A DNA stretch of 30,771 bases. It comes from an uncultured Candidatus Saccharibacteria bacterium. Lineage in GTDB: Bacteria > Patescibacteriota > Saccharimonadia > Saccharimonadales > UBA4665. Within the stretch, counting starts at the first letter, position 1; the number at the start of each line of letters is the position of its first letter. The translations under genes and the position numbers were made by a program. The notes beneath the pieces are model-generated. The model was given only the letters and a program-made list of their open reading frames with translations. It did not search any database and was not told the origin of the DNA. This document shows, piece after piece, positions 17,018 through 28,117 of this stretch. Where the stretch lies: assembly GCA_964438085.1 (NCBI GenBank), contig CAYTIU010000001.1:1-30771 (forward strand). Direction: 5' to 3'.

Positions 17018-17601
17018 GCCAACATAAAGACACTCACCACGTAGACGCTACCTCGAAAACAATGTTTGGCTTTTGGTCGTATATCATGACTGATCTCATT
17101 CTCTTTGCAAGTATCTTTGCTACCTATGCAGTGCTACGCAACAACACGTTTGGCGGTCCATCTGGCAAAGACATCTTTGACATGCCGTTTGTCTTAACCG
17201 AAACGATGCTGCTGCTTACCAGCAGCTTTACTGCTGGCCTGGCAATGCTAGCAATCTACCGCAAGCATACGCGAGCTGCGTTGGCACTCTTTGCAATAAC
17301 ATTTGCACTCGGAGCTGGCTTCTTGGCTATGGAATTATACGAATTCAATCATCTCGTGCACGAAGGGTACAGTTGGCGAGAAAGCGCCTTCTTATCAGCA
17401 TTCTTTACACTTGTCGGTACGCATGGGTTACATATTTTATCTGGACTTATTTGGCTCGCGGTACTCATGTTCCAAATAAAACGCCGCGGCATTACCGTTC
17501 ACACCGCGCGGCGGGCAGGCTTATTTAGTTTATTCTGGCACTTCCTTGATATCGTCTGGATATTTATCTTTACATTTGTATATCTCATGGGGGTACTGTA
17601 A
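17014..17601 (+). CDS. cyoC: Cytochrome bo3 quinol oxidase subunit III
   Basis: [21 protein letters not shown] and FWHFLDIVW; ATGA overlap with cyoB. Confidence 0.96.
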   Translation: MSQHKDTHHVDATSKTMFGFWSYIMTDLILFASIFATYAVLRNNTFGGPSGKDIFDMPFVLTETMLLLTSSFTAGLAMLAIYRKHTRAALALFAITFALGAGFLAMELYEFNHLVHEGYSWRESAFLSAFFTLVGTHGLHILSGLIWLAVLMFQIKRRGITVHTARRAGLFSLFWHFLDIVWIFIFTFVYLMGVL

Positions 17602-17963
17602 TGGCAAAAAACACACAACACCACGGCACCGTTACCTCATACATTATTGGATTCACGCTGTCTGTCGCATTCACGTTACTTGCGTTTTATATCGCCACTA
17701 GCAACGGGCTCGCCGAACGCTCAGCATTCGTGCTCATTGTTATCCTAGCGATAGCCCAACTCCTCGTACAGCTCTTCTTTTTCCTCCATATGGGCAAAGA
17801 ATCCAAACCACGCTGGAATCTTATGATGTTCGGTTTTATGGCTGTGGTAATCGGTATCGTAGTTATTGGTTCGCTGTGGATTATGCATAATCTCGACTAC
17901 AATATGATGCCCCAGCATACTATGGACCAGCACATGCTAGAAGAGAGTAACAAAGGGTTTTAG
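17601..17963 (+). CDS. cyoD: Cytochrome bo3 quinol oxidase subunit IV
   Basis: YIIGF.LSV.FT, QL.FFLHM and GSLWIMHNL; TAATG overlap. Confidence 0.95.
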   Translation: MAKNTQHHGTVTSYIIGFTLSVAFTLLAFYIATSNGLAERSAFVLIVILAIAQLLVQLFFFLHMGKESKPRWNLMMFGFMAVVIGIVVIGSLWIMHNLDYNMMPQHTMDQHMLEESNKGF

Positions 17964-17965
17964 CC

Positions 17966-18835
17966 TTGTCAGTGCTACACAAGTATTACTTGCTCACAAA
18001 GCCCGGTATTGTACGCGGCAACCTCATGACAGCCGTTGCAGCTTTCTTTTTTGCTGCCAACGGTACTATAGATTGGCTGCTATTCGCAGCGATCGCGATT
18101 GGTACAACTTGTATCGTCGCATCTGGCTGCGTATTCAATAACTACCTCGATCGCGGTATCGATAAAGTGATGCTACGCACCCAAAAACGTTCGCTTGCCG
18201 CCGGAGATATCCCTAATATGCATGCTCTCGTATACGCAACTGTGCTTAGCATCATCGGCTTTGCCTGGCTCATTTTATTCACCAACATAATCACCGTACT
18301 GTTGGGGCTTATAGGTATTATTGGTTATGTATTGGTGTATGGCTGGGCAAAGCGGAACACTGTTCATAGTACGCTCATTGGCAGCATACCCGGCGCGACC
18401 TCGCTGACAGCCGGCTATACTGCCGTAACCGGGAGCTTCGACCTTATCGCATTACAGCTTTTTATTGTTATGGTCTGTTGGCAGATGCCACATTTTTACG
18501 CCATCGGCATATATAGGCGCAAAGATTATGCTGCCGCAGCACTGCCGATACTTTCCGTCAAAAAGGGCATTGCCGCCACCCGCCAAGAAACCCTCTTATA
18601 CATGATCGCGTTCGCTATTGCTACGTTTGGGTTATTCATCGTAGCCGATATGAGTTATACCTATTTAATTGTTATAGCACTGTGTAATATATGGTGGCTG
18701 CGTGTTGCGATACAAGGATTTAGCACCAAAGCAGGGAAAGCAACCATCACATGGGCGCATAAAATCTTTGGAATATCACTTTTGATACTGATGCTGTTTT
18801 CAGCTCTTATCGCGTTCAACTACTGGCTACCGTAA
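17966..18835 (+). CDS. cyoE: Protoheme IX farnesyltransferase (heme o synthase)
   Basis: LTKPGI, NNYLDRGID..M.RT..R and WQMPHF.A motifs; TTG start. Confidence 0.95.
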   Translation: MSVLHKYYLLTKPGIVRGNLMTAVAAFFFAANGTIDWLLFAAIAIGTTCIVASGCVFNNYLDRGIDKVMLRTQKRSLAAGDIPNMHALVYATVLSIIGFAWLILFTNIITVLLGLIGIIGYVLVYGWAKRNTVHSTLIGSIPGATSLTAGYTAVTGSFDLIALQLFIVMVCWQMPHFYAIGIYRRKDYAAAALPILSVKKGIAATRQETLLYMIAFAIATFGLFIVADMSYTYLIVIALCNIWWLRVAIQGFSTKAGKATITWAHKIFGISLLILMLFSALIAFNYWLP

Positions 18836-18939
18836 CCTAAAACAACACAGAAAAAACACAGCCTATAACTCTTCTTATTATAAGATTATACCATAGTTCT
18901 TATGGTAATACAATACCTAAGGAAAAGTAGAGAAACGTA

Positions 18940-20604
18940 CTAAAAGTTCTTGCGAATGTGCTTGAAAGAGTAATCCCAGGTAGCATTAGCCTTTTTGCGG
19001 GGGTTAAAGATACCGTCCGGGTCAAAAATATGCTTTGTTTCTTTGAAATAACCGAGAACCTTTTTGCCATACATTTGTTCAAGCCACGGACCGCGAACCA
19101 GGCCATCGTTATGCTCACCCGAGAGAGAGCCGCCGTATTTTAGGACAAGATTATTTACTTCTTTCATGGCAGGCAAGATCTTATCACGTTCTTCTTCTAT
19201 TTCGATGTTCATAAGGGGTATGATATGGAAATTACCGTCGCCCATATGTCCAGCAATGGTAGCAAAAAGCTTGTATTTCTTAATTATTTTTCTGATTTTA
19301 GGCAGGAATTCTGCAAGGTGTTCGGGGTTTACAATAAAATCGTCAATAAATGGGGCAGTGTGCTTGTCTTTAACTTTGCTGCGCAAGATCTGGAAACTAT
19401 GGCGGCGCATAATCCAAAACTTTTCACCTTTTGCCTCAGTTGGAGCCTCCTCAAACCCGGTGATGCCATAGTACTTGCTCTTAGATTCCAGTTCTTTACG
19501 TAAAGCATGGATTTTATCAGCTATTTTCTTAGTATCGTTCCCTTTGATCGAAACCATTAAGATAAGCTTCGGTATGCCTCGCAGGAGCATGAGTGCTTCT
19601 GGCGTAAGGCTCAAGAGAAGACGAACGAACTTCCGAGGCCCAAGTAACTTTAAGAACGCGGGCATGAACCTCATTGACAGCCAGAGCGTATTATCGTCAA
19701 AGGCTTCAAATCTGGATGGTTTTTTATCAACAACTACTTTTATGAGTTCGCCCAGGTGCTTCATGTCATTCATAAATATCACTAGCAAGCCCTCGTCAGA
19801 GCGCGCATCAGTAAGACGAAACTCTATATCGGTAATAAGGCCGAGCGTACCCTGGGCGCCTACAATAGCTTGTGTTAAGTCAAAAACACCCTTTTCGCGG
19901 TCCCAGACATTCCATAAATGGTAACCGGTTGAATCTTTGCTGACGTTAGGCTTGGCTGCCTTGATGGCGTCATAATTATCGTCAAGGAGTTTAAACATCT
20001 TCTGGTAGACTTCGCCCTCGAAGTCTTTTTGTGCCATTTTTTTGTCTAGCTCAGACTTAGTGAGCGGCTTAACAATACGCTTCACTCCATCGGCAAATAC
20101 AAATTCAAGTTGGTTAACAAAATCCTCGGCTTTGCCGTATTCGATAGATTTTTCGCCGCCTGAATTGTTGCTAACCATACCGCCAACCGTACAAAGCTCC
20201 CGAGAAGCTGGGTAAGTGGGCATAAGGACGCCTTTTTTCTTGGCTTCCGCATCAAAATCCCGGAAAAAAACGCCGGGCTGAACCTGGGCTGAGTGATCAT
20301 CAATGCGCTCGATCTTTGTGAAATACTTCTTAAAATCAACAATCACTGAATCGTTAATCGCGCCGCCGCTCATGTCAGTTCCGGCTGAGCGCCCAGTGAG
20401 AGAAAGGTTAGGGATATGCTTTTTTTCTTGCCGGGCAAGTTTTACTAAAATGGATACATCTTCAGTATCTTTTGGAAATACAATAAGTTCTGGCACGATT
20501 TCAAACAAGCTGGCATCGTGGCTGTAAAAATCTTTGGCGCTTGCACTGTCGTCGAGATCACCCTGAAAACCAGCGTCGCGTAATTTTTGTTTAAACCCGT
20601 CCAT
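18940..20604 (-). CDS. FAD-linked oxidase/dehydrogenase (GlcD/Dld/YdiJ-like 2-hydroxyacid dehydrogenase), no Fe-S tail
   Basis: FAD_binding_4 motifs RSAGTDMSGG, VQPGV and TVGGMVSNNSGG; C-terminal GHMGDGNFH, SGEHNDG and FDPDGIFNP. Confidence 0.88.
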   Translation of the reverse strand: MDGFKQKLRDAGFQGDLDDSASAKDFYSHDASLFEIVPELIVFPKDTEDVSILVKLARQEKKHIPNLSLTGRSAGTDMSGGAINDSVIVDFKKYFTKIERIDDHSAQVQPGVFFRDFDAEAKKKGVLMPTYPASRELCTVGGMVSNNSGGEKSIEYGKAEDFVNQLEFVFADGVKRIVKPLTKSELDKKMAQKDFEGEVYQKMFKLLDDNYDAIKAAKPNVSKDSTGYHLWNVWDREKGVFDLTQAIVGAQGTLGLITDIEFRLTDARSDEGLLVIFMNDMKHLGELIKVVVDKKPSRFEAFDDNTLWLSMRFMPAFLKLLGPRKFVRLLLSLTPEALMLLRGIPKLILMVSIKGNDTKKIADKIHALRKELESKSKYYGITGFEEAPTEAKGEKFWIMRRHSFQILRSKVKDKHTAPFIDDFIVNPEHLAEFLPKIRKIIKKYKLFATIAGHMGDGNFHIIPLMNIEIEEERDKILPAMKEVNNLVLKYGGSLSGEHNDGLVRGPWLEQMYGKKVLGYFKETKHIFDPDGIFNPRKKANATWDYSFKHIRKNF

Positions 20605-20696
20605 TTATACTCAAGCATAACCTGTATAGGCTATTTTTGCAACACGGTTATGGTTAGTGGTATACTACTGGTAAGAATGGGTCTGAATATATAGCT

Positions 20697-21893
20697 ATGG
20701 CGAAACAAAAAATAGTTGTGGTCGGTGGTGGATTTGGCGGTGTTAAGGCTGCGCTTGAACTGGCCGAAGACAATCGGTTCACTGTAACACTTGTATCAGA
20801 TAGGGATTGTTTTGAATACCACCCTACGCTTTATCGCACAGCAACCGGCGGCCTTACCAGCCAATCGCAAATTCCACTCAAGACAATTTTTACCGGTAAA
20901 CCAGTGAAGATTATTATTGATACAGCTACAAAACTTGATCGCAAGCAAAAAACACTTACCACCAAGGGTGGTAAAAAAATGAGTTACGACGACATTGTTT
21001 TATCACTCGGTACGGTTACTAATTACTTCGGTATTAAGGGTTTGGCGGAATATACGTTTGGTATAAAGTCAATTAAAGATATTGAGAAATTTAAATCGCA
21101 TATCCACCAGCAGCTTAATGACAAGCTTGAACCAGATTTGCGCTATATTATCGTTGGCGGCGGCCCAACAGGTGTTGAGCTTGCCGCAGCTTTGCCGTCA
21201 TATTTGTATCGCATTATGAAAAATCACGGTATTCGCGGGCGAAATGTTAAGGTACACCTGGTAGAGGCAGCGCCTCGTTTAATGCCAAATATGCCAAGAT
21301 CAACTTCGCGGGCAATTAGGCGCCGGTTGCGCATTTTGGGCGTTACGCTTCATCTTGGCAAGCCAGTTGAAGGCGCTACTGCCGACAGCTTAACTGTTGG
21401 TGGCAAATCTATTCGAAGCAACACCATTGTCTGGACAGCTGGAACTGCTAACAATCCGTTTTTTGCAACAAATAACTTCGCTTTTGGGCCACGTGGTAAA
21501 GTGGCAGTGAATGTGTACTTGCAGGCAGATGAGCATATATACGTACTTGGCGACAATGCAAACACCCCTTATAGCGGCATGGCGCAAACTGCCATATTGG
21601 ACGGCATGTTTGTAGCAGAAAATATTAAACGCGCAGCAAGCGGCAGGGACCTCAAACCTTACAAGCCAAAAAAACCTATCTATGCGACTCCTGTAGGATA
21701 TGGATGGGCAGCAGTGCTCTGGCGGAAAATGGAAATTTTTGGCATATTCGGTTGGGCGCTCCGTAAGGCAGCCGATGCAAAGGCATTTAGTGAACTCCAA
21801 CCAGCGCTCCAGGCAACTCGGCAATGGTTTACTGAATTCGGTGAGCAAGAAGACTGCAGCGTATGCAGTAAAGTGCTGACAAAAGCCAAATAG
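20697..21893 (+). CDS. ndh: Type II NADH:quinone oxidoreductase (NDH-2)
   Basis: Two Rossmann motifs VVGGGFGG and IVGGGPTGVE, acidic LVEA (NADH preference), LGD and AQ.A...G quinone-site motif. Confidence 0.85.
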   Translation: MAKQKIVVVGGGFGGVKAALELAEDNRFTVTLVSDRDCFEYHPTLYRTATGGLTSQSQIPLKTIFTGKPVKIIIDTATKLDRKQKTLTTKGGKKMSYDDIVLSLGTVTNYFGIKGLAEYTFGIKSIKDIEKFKSHIHQQLNDKLEPDLRYIIVGGGPTGVELAAALPSYLYRIMKNHGIRGRNVKVHLVEAAPRLMPNMPRSTSRAIRRRLRILGVTLHLGKPVEGATADSLTVGGKSIRSNTIVWTAGTANNPFFATNNFAFGPRGKVAVNVYLQADEHIYVLGDNANTPYSGMAQTAILDGMFVAENIKRAASGRDLKPYKPKKPIYATPVGYGWAAVLWRKMEIFGIFGWALRKAADAKAFSELQPALQATRQWFTEFGEQEDCSVCSKVLTKAK

Positions 21894-21925
21894 ACACTAG
21901 GCAGAGTGCTACAATAGAGATAGAT

Positions 21926-24900
21926 ATGGGAAATGAATTTGAAGCCGCCTATAAACTGGTGAGCAAAAACAAGGAGCAAAAAAAAGCGGTTGATACAACC
22001 GAAGGTCCGCTTTTGGTTATTGCAGGGCCGGGAACTGGAAAAACGCAAATACTCAGCGTGCGCGTTGGTAAGATTTTGCAAAATAATCCCACTATTCTGC
22101 CAAGCAATATTTTGTGCCTTACATTTACCGAAACTGGAGCTACAAATATGCGCGAACGGCTCACGCGTTTTATCGGGCAAGATGCGTACAGTGTGACTAT
22201 TAGTACGTACCATGCATTTGGTAGTGAGCTAATCCGGAGGTTTCCAGAATATTTCACCGAAACCCGTTTGCAAAATCCGGTTGACGAGCTTGGTAAATAT
22301 CAGATTTTCTCTGATATTGTTGACAGGCTAAGCTACCGAAACCCGCTCAAGCAGACACGACATCATATCCGTGATCTTATGAGTACGGTAAGCGAAGTAA
22401 AGCGTGCCTTACTTTCAAGCAGCGACCTTAGAAATATCGCCGAAGAAAATCTTGTAACTATACAGGCGCTTAATAAAGATTTGGCAGGTATCTACGCTGA
22501 TTTCAAAAGAATGCCACGCAAATTAGATGAAGCGCTACCGTATTTCATGCAAACACGCGAAGTGTTGGCTGGAGCTCTTCCGGCGCAACCGGCACATAAA
22601 AATTTCGGTAGCCTGGCAAGCGTTGCGCTACAAGAACTCGATACTGCGCTCGAGGCAGCAGAGTCTATGGGTAAGCCAAATGCATTAACTGCCTGGAAAA
22701 ATACCTGGCTTGCAAAGAGTAGTGATAATACTTTTGTACTCGTAGGGGAACTTGCATCTAGACGCCTACAGGCGCTTGCAGATATCCTAGATTCGTACCA
22801 AGCCGCGCTTGAATCACGCGGGCTCTATGATTTTGACGATATGATCCTACGTGCCATTGAAGCCTTGCAAAAGCATGATGATCTCAAGTATACGCTCCAG
22901 GAGCAGTACCAATACATTTTATTAGATGAATTTCAGGATACTAACAAATCACAATTACAACTTGTGCAACTACTTACCGATAATCCTGTGCACGAAGACC
23001 GTCCAAACGTTATGGCAGTGGGCGATGACGACCAGGCAATTTATGCATTCCAGGGCGCGCAATACTCTAATATGGTTGACTTTTATTCGCTTTATACAGA
23101 TGTTGCGTTAGTTAATTTAAGCAAGAATTACCGTTCCCATACGCATGTTTTAGAAACTGCCGCGCGTATCACCAGCCAAATTGAAAATCGAGTCTTTTCA
23201 AAACTCGAGAATATGACAAAACAGCTCGTTGCTGCAAACAAGGATTTACCAGCTGCCGAAATAGACCGAGTTGAGTTTGCAAGCGACATTGCACAGTATG
23301 ATTGGATTGCTGATCAGATCGAGCAAAAAATTAAAGCTGGCGTGAAGCCAAGCGAAATCGCGGTGCTCGCACCGCGACACAAACAACTGGAGCCTCTTGT
23401 TGCATGTCTCAATAACCGCGATATTCCACTGCGTTACGAGAAACGGGAAAACATCTTGGATGCGCCGGTGGTAAAGCAGATTATTATCATGAGTAAGCTT
23501 GTCCACGCCCTAGCTGACGAAAATTTGAGTGTTGCAAACGCGCTCTGGCCACAAGTGCTCAGTTTTGAGTTTTGGCAACTTTCAACCAGCCGTATCTGGG
23601 AGCTTTCGTGGCAAGTCCAAGATAGCAAGGGGCGTTCAAACTGGAGCAAAATACTTCTTGAAAATGAGGATACCGCACTGCGATCAGCAGCTTTACTCTT
23701 TTTAAAACTGGCGCATCTTGCCGGAAATACACACTACGAAACAATGTTGGATTATCTGATTGGCAACGCAAAACTTGATACCGGAGAAGCTGATTTACCG
23801 CAAGTACTCTCGCCGCTGCGCGACTACTATCTAAACAGCAATGTCCAAAAAAACTACGCTAACTTGTTTTATGAAACCATTTCACACATTACTGTACTAC
23901 GAGCTACGCTACATGAATATCAGAGTACGCAAGATACGGCATTACTGCTTAGTGATATGCTTACGCTCATAGAGCTGTATGAGTCTGCTGAACAGCGCAT
24001 GATAAACACCAGTCCTTACACACAACACGCCGAAGCAGTGCAGCTCATGACAGTGTTCAAGGCTAAAGGTCTTGAGTTTGAGCACGTCTTTTTACCATCA
24101 TGCCAGGATGATGTCTGGGGCGGCTCAGGTTACGGAGGCAGCAACAAACTTACGTTGCCAGCAAATATTATGCCCATACGCCACAGCGGCGCAACAGATG
24201 ACGAACGTTTGCGCATCTTCTTCGTAGCGATTACCCGGGCAAAATATGGGCTCCATATTTCTAGCTACACAAGCACATACGCTGGCAAGGCAACGAAACG
24301 TCTCAAATACCTTGACGAGCAGCAACAAACAGACCAAAGCTTTAAGACGCTTATACTACCTGAACCGCGCCAGACAGTCCGGCACGTCGACCATGAGCCG
24401 CCAACCATTGAGAGCCTGGAACTTAATTGGTATGCCCGCCACCTTGCATTTACTGGTGACGTTAAGCTCTATACGCTCCTCAAAGACCGTCTGGCGCTAT
24501 ATCAGCTAAGCCCAACGCATTTAAATACGTTTACCGACTTGCTCTATGGCGGGCCGCACGCGTTTTTCTTTAATATCTTGTTACGTTTTCCGCAAGCGCC
24601 TTCGGTTGACGGGCAATTTGGAAGCGCAATTCATGAGACATTGGAATGGTTCCAGTATCAAGTTGATGAACAGGGCAAACTACCCGATAAGCAAGCCGTG
24701 ATAAGCTTTTTTACGCATCGCATGAAAGCTAAAAAACTGCCAAAGTGGCAGCTCGATATAGAAGTTGAACGCGGCGAGAGCGCACTTAAAAGCTATCTTA
24801 CGCAGCGCGGGCATATCTTTAAGCCAGGCGATAAAACTGAGGTTAATTTCCGTAATGAAAATGTAGTGATCGACGAAATACGCATGGCTGGCAAAATAGA

Positions 24901-25288
24901 TCGGCTCGAAATTGACACAAAACAAAAGACTATCACTGTTATTGACTACAAAACGGGGAAGAGTTTTTCGTCATGGGCAAACGACGCTAAGCTCCATAAA
25001 TATAAACAGCAGCTGTATTGCTATAAGCTACTTATAGAACATTCGAACACTTACCGTGATTATACGGTTACTGAGGGGCGGTTAGAATTTATTGAACCAA
25101 ACGATGAAGGTAAGATTATGCACTTGCCATTGGCTTTCGAAGATGCTGAGTTGGCAAAAACCAGGAAACTTTTACAGGCTTTATGGCACGCCGTCCAGGA
25201 GTTACAGTTTCCAGACACAAGCAGCTATCCCGCCACACTCACGGGTATAAAAGCCTTTGAAAAAGAGCTACTCGATAATCTCGAGTAG
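21926..25288 (+). CDS. UvrD/PcrA-family helicase fused to a PD-(D/E)xK nuclease (AddA/AdnB-like)
   Basis: AGPGTGKT, LTFT, LLDEFQD, VGDDDQAIY, NYRS, KAKGLEF and FVAITRAK; C-terminal GKIDR...IDYKTG...QLYCY. Confidence 0.93.
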   Translation: MGNEFEAAYKLVSKNKEQKKAVDTTEGPLLVIAGPGTGKTQILSVRVGKILQNNPTILPSNILCLTFTETGATNMRERLTRFIGQDAYSVTISTYHAFGSELIRRFPEYFTETRLQNPVDELGKYQIFSDIVDRLSYRNPLKQTRHHIRDLMSTVSEVKRALLSSSDLRNIAEENLVTIQALNKDLAGIYADFKRMPRKLDEALPYFMQTREVLAGALPAQPAHKNFGSLASVALQELDTALEAAESMGKPNALTAWKNTWLAKSSDNTFVLVGELASRRLQALADILDSYQAALESRGLYDFDDMILRAIEALQKHDDLKYTLQEQYQYILLDEFQDTNKSQLQLVQLLTDNPVHEDRPNVMAVGDDDQAIYAFQGAQYSNMVDFYSLYTDVALVNLSKNYRSHTHVLETAARITSQIENRVFSKLENMTKQLVAANKDLPAAEIDRVEFASDIAQYDWIADQIEQKIKAGVKPSEIAVLAPRHKQLEPLVACLNNRDIPLRYEKRENILDAPVVKQIIIMSKLVHALADENLSVANALWPQVLSFEFWQLSTSRIWELSWQVQDSKGRSNWSKILLENEDTALRSAALLFLKLAHLAGNTHYETMLDYLIGNAKLDTGEADLPQVLSPLRDYYLNSNVQKNYANLFYETISHITVLRATLHEYQSTQDTALLLSDMLTLIELYESAEQRMINTSPYTQHAEAVQLMTVFKAKGLEFEHVFLPSCQDDVWGGSGYGGSNKLTLPANIMPIRHSGATDDERLRIFFVAITRAKYGLHISSYTSTYAGKATKRLKYLDEQQQTDQSFKTLILPEPRQTVRHVDHEPPTIESLELNWYARHLAFTGDVKLYTLLKDRLALYQLSPTHLNTFTDLLYGGPHAFFFNILLRFPQAPSVDGQFGSAIHETLEWFQYQVDEQGKLPDKQAVISFFTHRMKAKKLPKWQLDIEVERGESALKSYLTQRGHIFKPGDKTEVNFRNENVVIDEIRMAGKIDRLEIDTKQKTITVIDYKTGKSFSSWANDAKLHKYKQQLYCYKLLIEHSNTYRDYTVTEGRLEFIEPNDEGKIMHLPLAFEDAELAKTRKLLQALWHAVQELQFPDTSSYPATLTGIKAFEKELLDNLE

Positions 25289-25314
25289 CTCTAGTTATAG
25301 AAAACGCACTATTT

Positions 25315-26049
25315 TTATTTCTTTTTCTTGGCTGTCGTTTTCTTGCGTGTAGCTTTAGTCTTAGCTTTAGCTTTAGCTGCAGGTTCAGCAACAATAGCTG
25401 CTTTACCAGCTCTTGCTACTACTGATGGCTTGTTAGTCGAAGCAAAGAGTAGGTTATAAAGATTGAAACCAATAATTGCGCCAAGGACAGGACCGAGTAC
25501 ATAGGTACCCCATACCCATGAGTGTGCGCCAAGTGCCACTGCTGGGTTTAGGAAACCAGAAGATGCCACAGATGCCACCATAATACCAAGTGTTAGTGAG
25601 CCGCCAATTGTGAGCGCTTTTGCTGCATCATCGAGCTTTTGGAATAGTGCAGCAGCAATACCAAAGGCAAATACTGCCGTACCCACTACTTCTGCTACGA
25701 GAATTTTTGTGTCATATTCGCCAGCGTTAGCCCAACTCTTTTCGGTTAGGTAACTAAAGAGCGCGTATGCTGCTAAACCACCGAGCAACTGAACAGCAAT
25801 GTAGAGCACTGTTTGCAACGTACTTAATTTACGTATTGTCCAAAGTCCAACCGCAATCGCCGGGTTAATAACAGCTCCAGATACGTTGCCAATTGCAAAT
25901 ACCATCAAAAGCATCGCAAGGCCGGCGCCAAACGACACAAAGTATCCTATCCCAATATTTGATGTACTTACTGCTAATACCGTGAGTGCGAGCAGTGCCG
26001 TCCCGAGAAACTCCGCCACGAGCGCAGCAACCTTTTGCTTAGTAAACAT
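25315..26049 (-). CDS. MIP-family channel (aquaporin-like) with atypical filter and Lys/Ala-rich tail
   Basis: AEFLGT and AEVVGT motifs, two NPA boxes (GAVINPAI, GFLNPAVA); SD GGAGG. Confidence 0.9.
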   Translation of the reverse strand: MFTKQKVAALVAEFLGTALLALTVLAVSTSNIGIGYFVSFGAGLAMLLMVFAIGNVSGAVINPAIAVGLWTIRKLSTLQTVLYIAVQLLGGLAAYALFSYLTEKSWANAGEYDTKILVAEVVGTAVFAFGIAAALFQKLDDAAKALTIGGSLTLGIMVASVASSGFLNPAVALGAHSWVWGTYVLGPVLGAIIGFNLYNLLFASTNKPSVVARAGKAAIVAEPAAKAKAKTKATRKKTTAKKKK

Positions 26050-26115
26050 AGAAACCCTCCGTTAGTTATATGGGTATAGCATAACGACTCAGATAAAAAA
26101 CCGCAAGGGATTTAT

Positions 26116-26531
26116 TTAGCGGCGGCGGCGCAGTTGGGCAACGTGCAAGCGAACCTCTTGGCGATCTACGATACTTTGCGCATGCTCAAGTTCAGTTTGG
26201 TTTTTTGCGTTTGTAAGCATAGCTTGTGCGGTGGCACGAGCTTTTTCGGCTTCTTGCTCATTAATATCATCACCAGCATCAGCCTCATCGACTAATACCG
26301 TAACTCCATCACCTGTAATTTCAAGTACACCGCCGTATGTCGCAAAGTGCTCTAGCAGTTGGTCTGGATCATTCTTTTCTTTACGAATTGTCACAACCCC
26401 AGGTTTTAAAACACTAATTAATGGCTCGTGACCAGGGAATACGGTAATTTCGCCAGCCGCGGTTGGCAGCGTGATAGAATACGCATCTTGGCTAAACTTT
26501 ACGCCTTCTAGTGCTACTAATTGAAACTTCA

Positions 26532-26532
<1 letters not shown>
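26116..26532 (-). CDS. atpC: ATP synthase F1 epsilon
   Basis: LPT..GE.TVFPGH.PL motif, C-terminal helical hairpin and operon position. Confidence 0.95.

Positions 26533-28117
<1,585 letters not shown>

Noticed and set aside
18873-18907. Two small AT-rich hairpins between cyoE and the FAD oxidase
   Set aside because: Weak stems with no adjacent U-tract, so a terminator or repeat cannot be supported.
25318-25380. TTTAGC-type short tandem repeats
   Set aside because: Explained by the Lys/Ala-rich aquaporin tail codons; not a CRISPR or VNTR.
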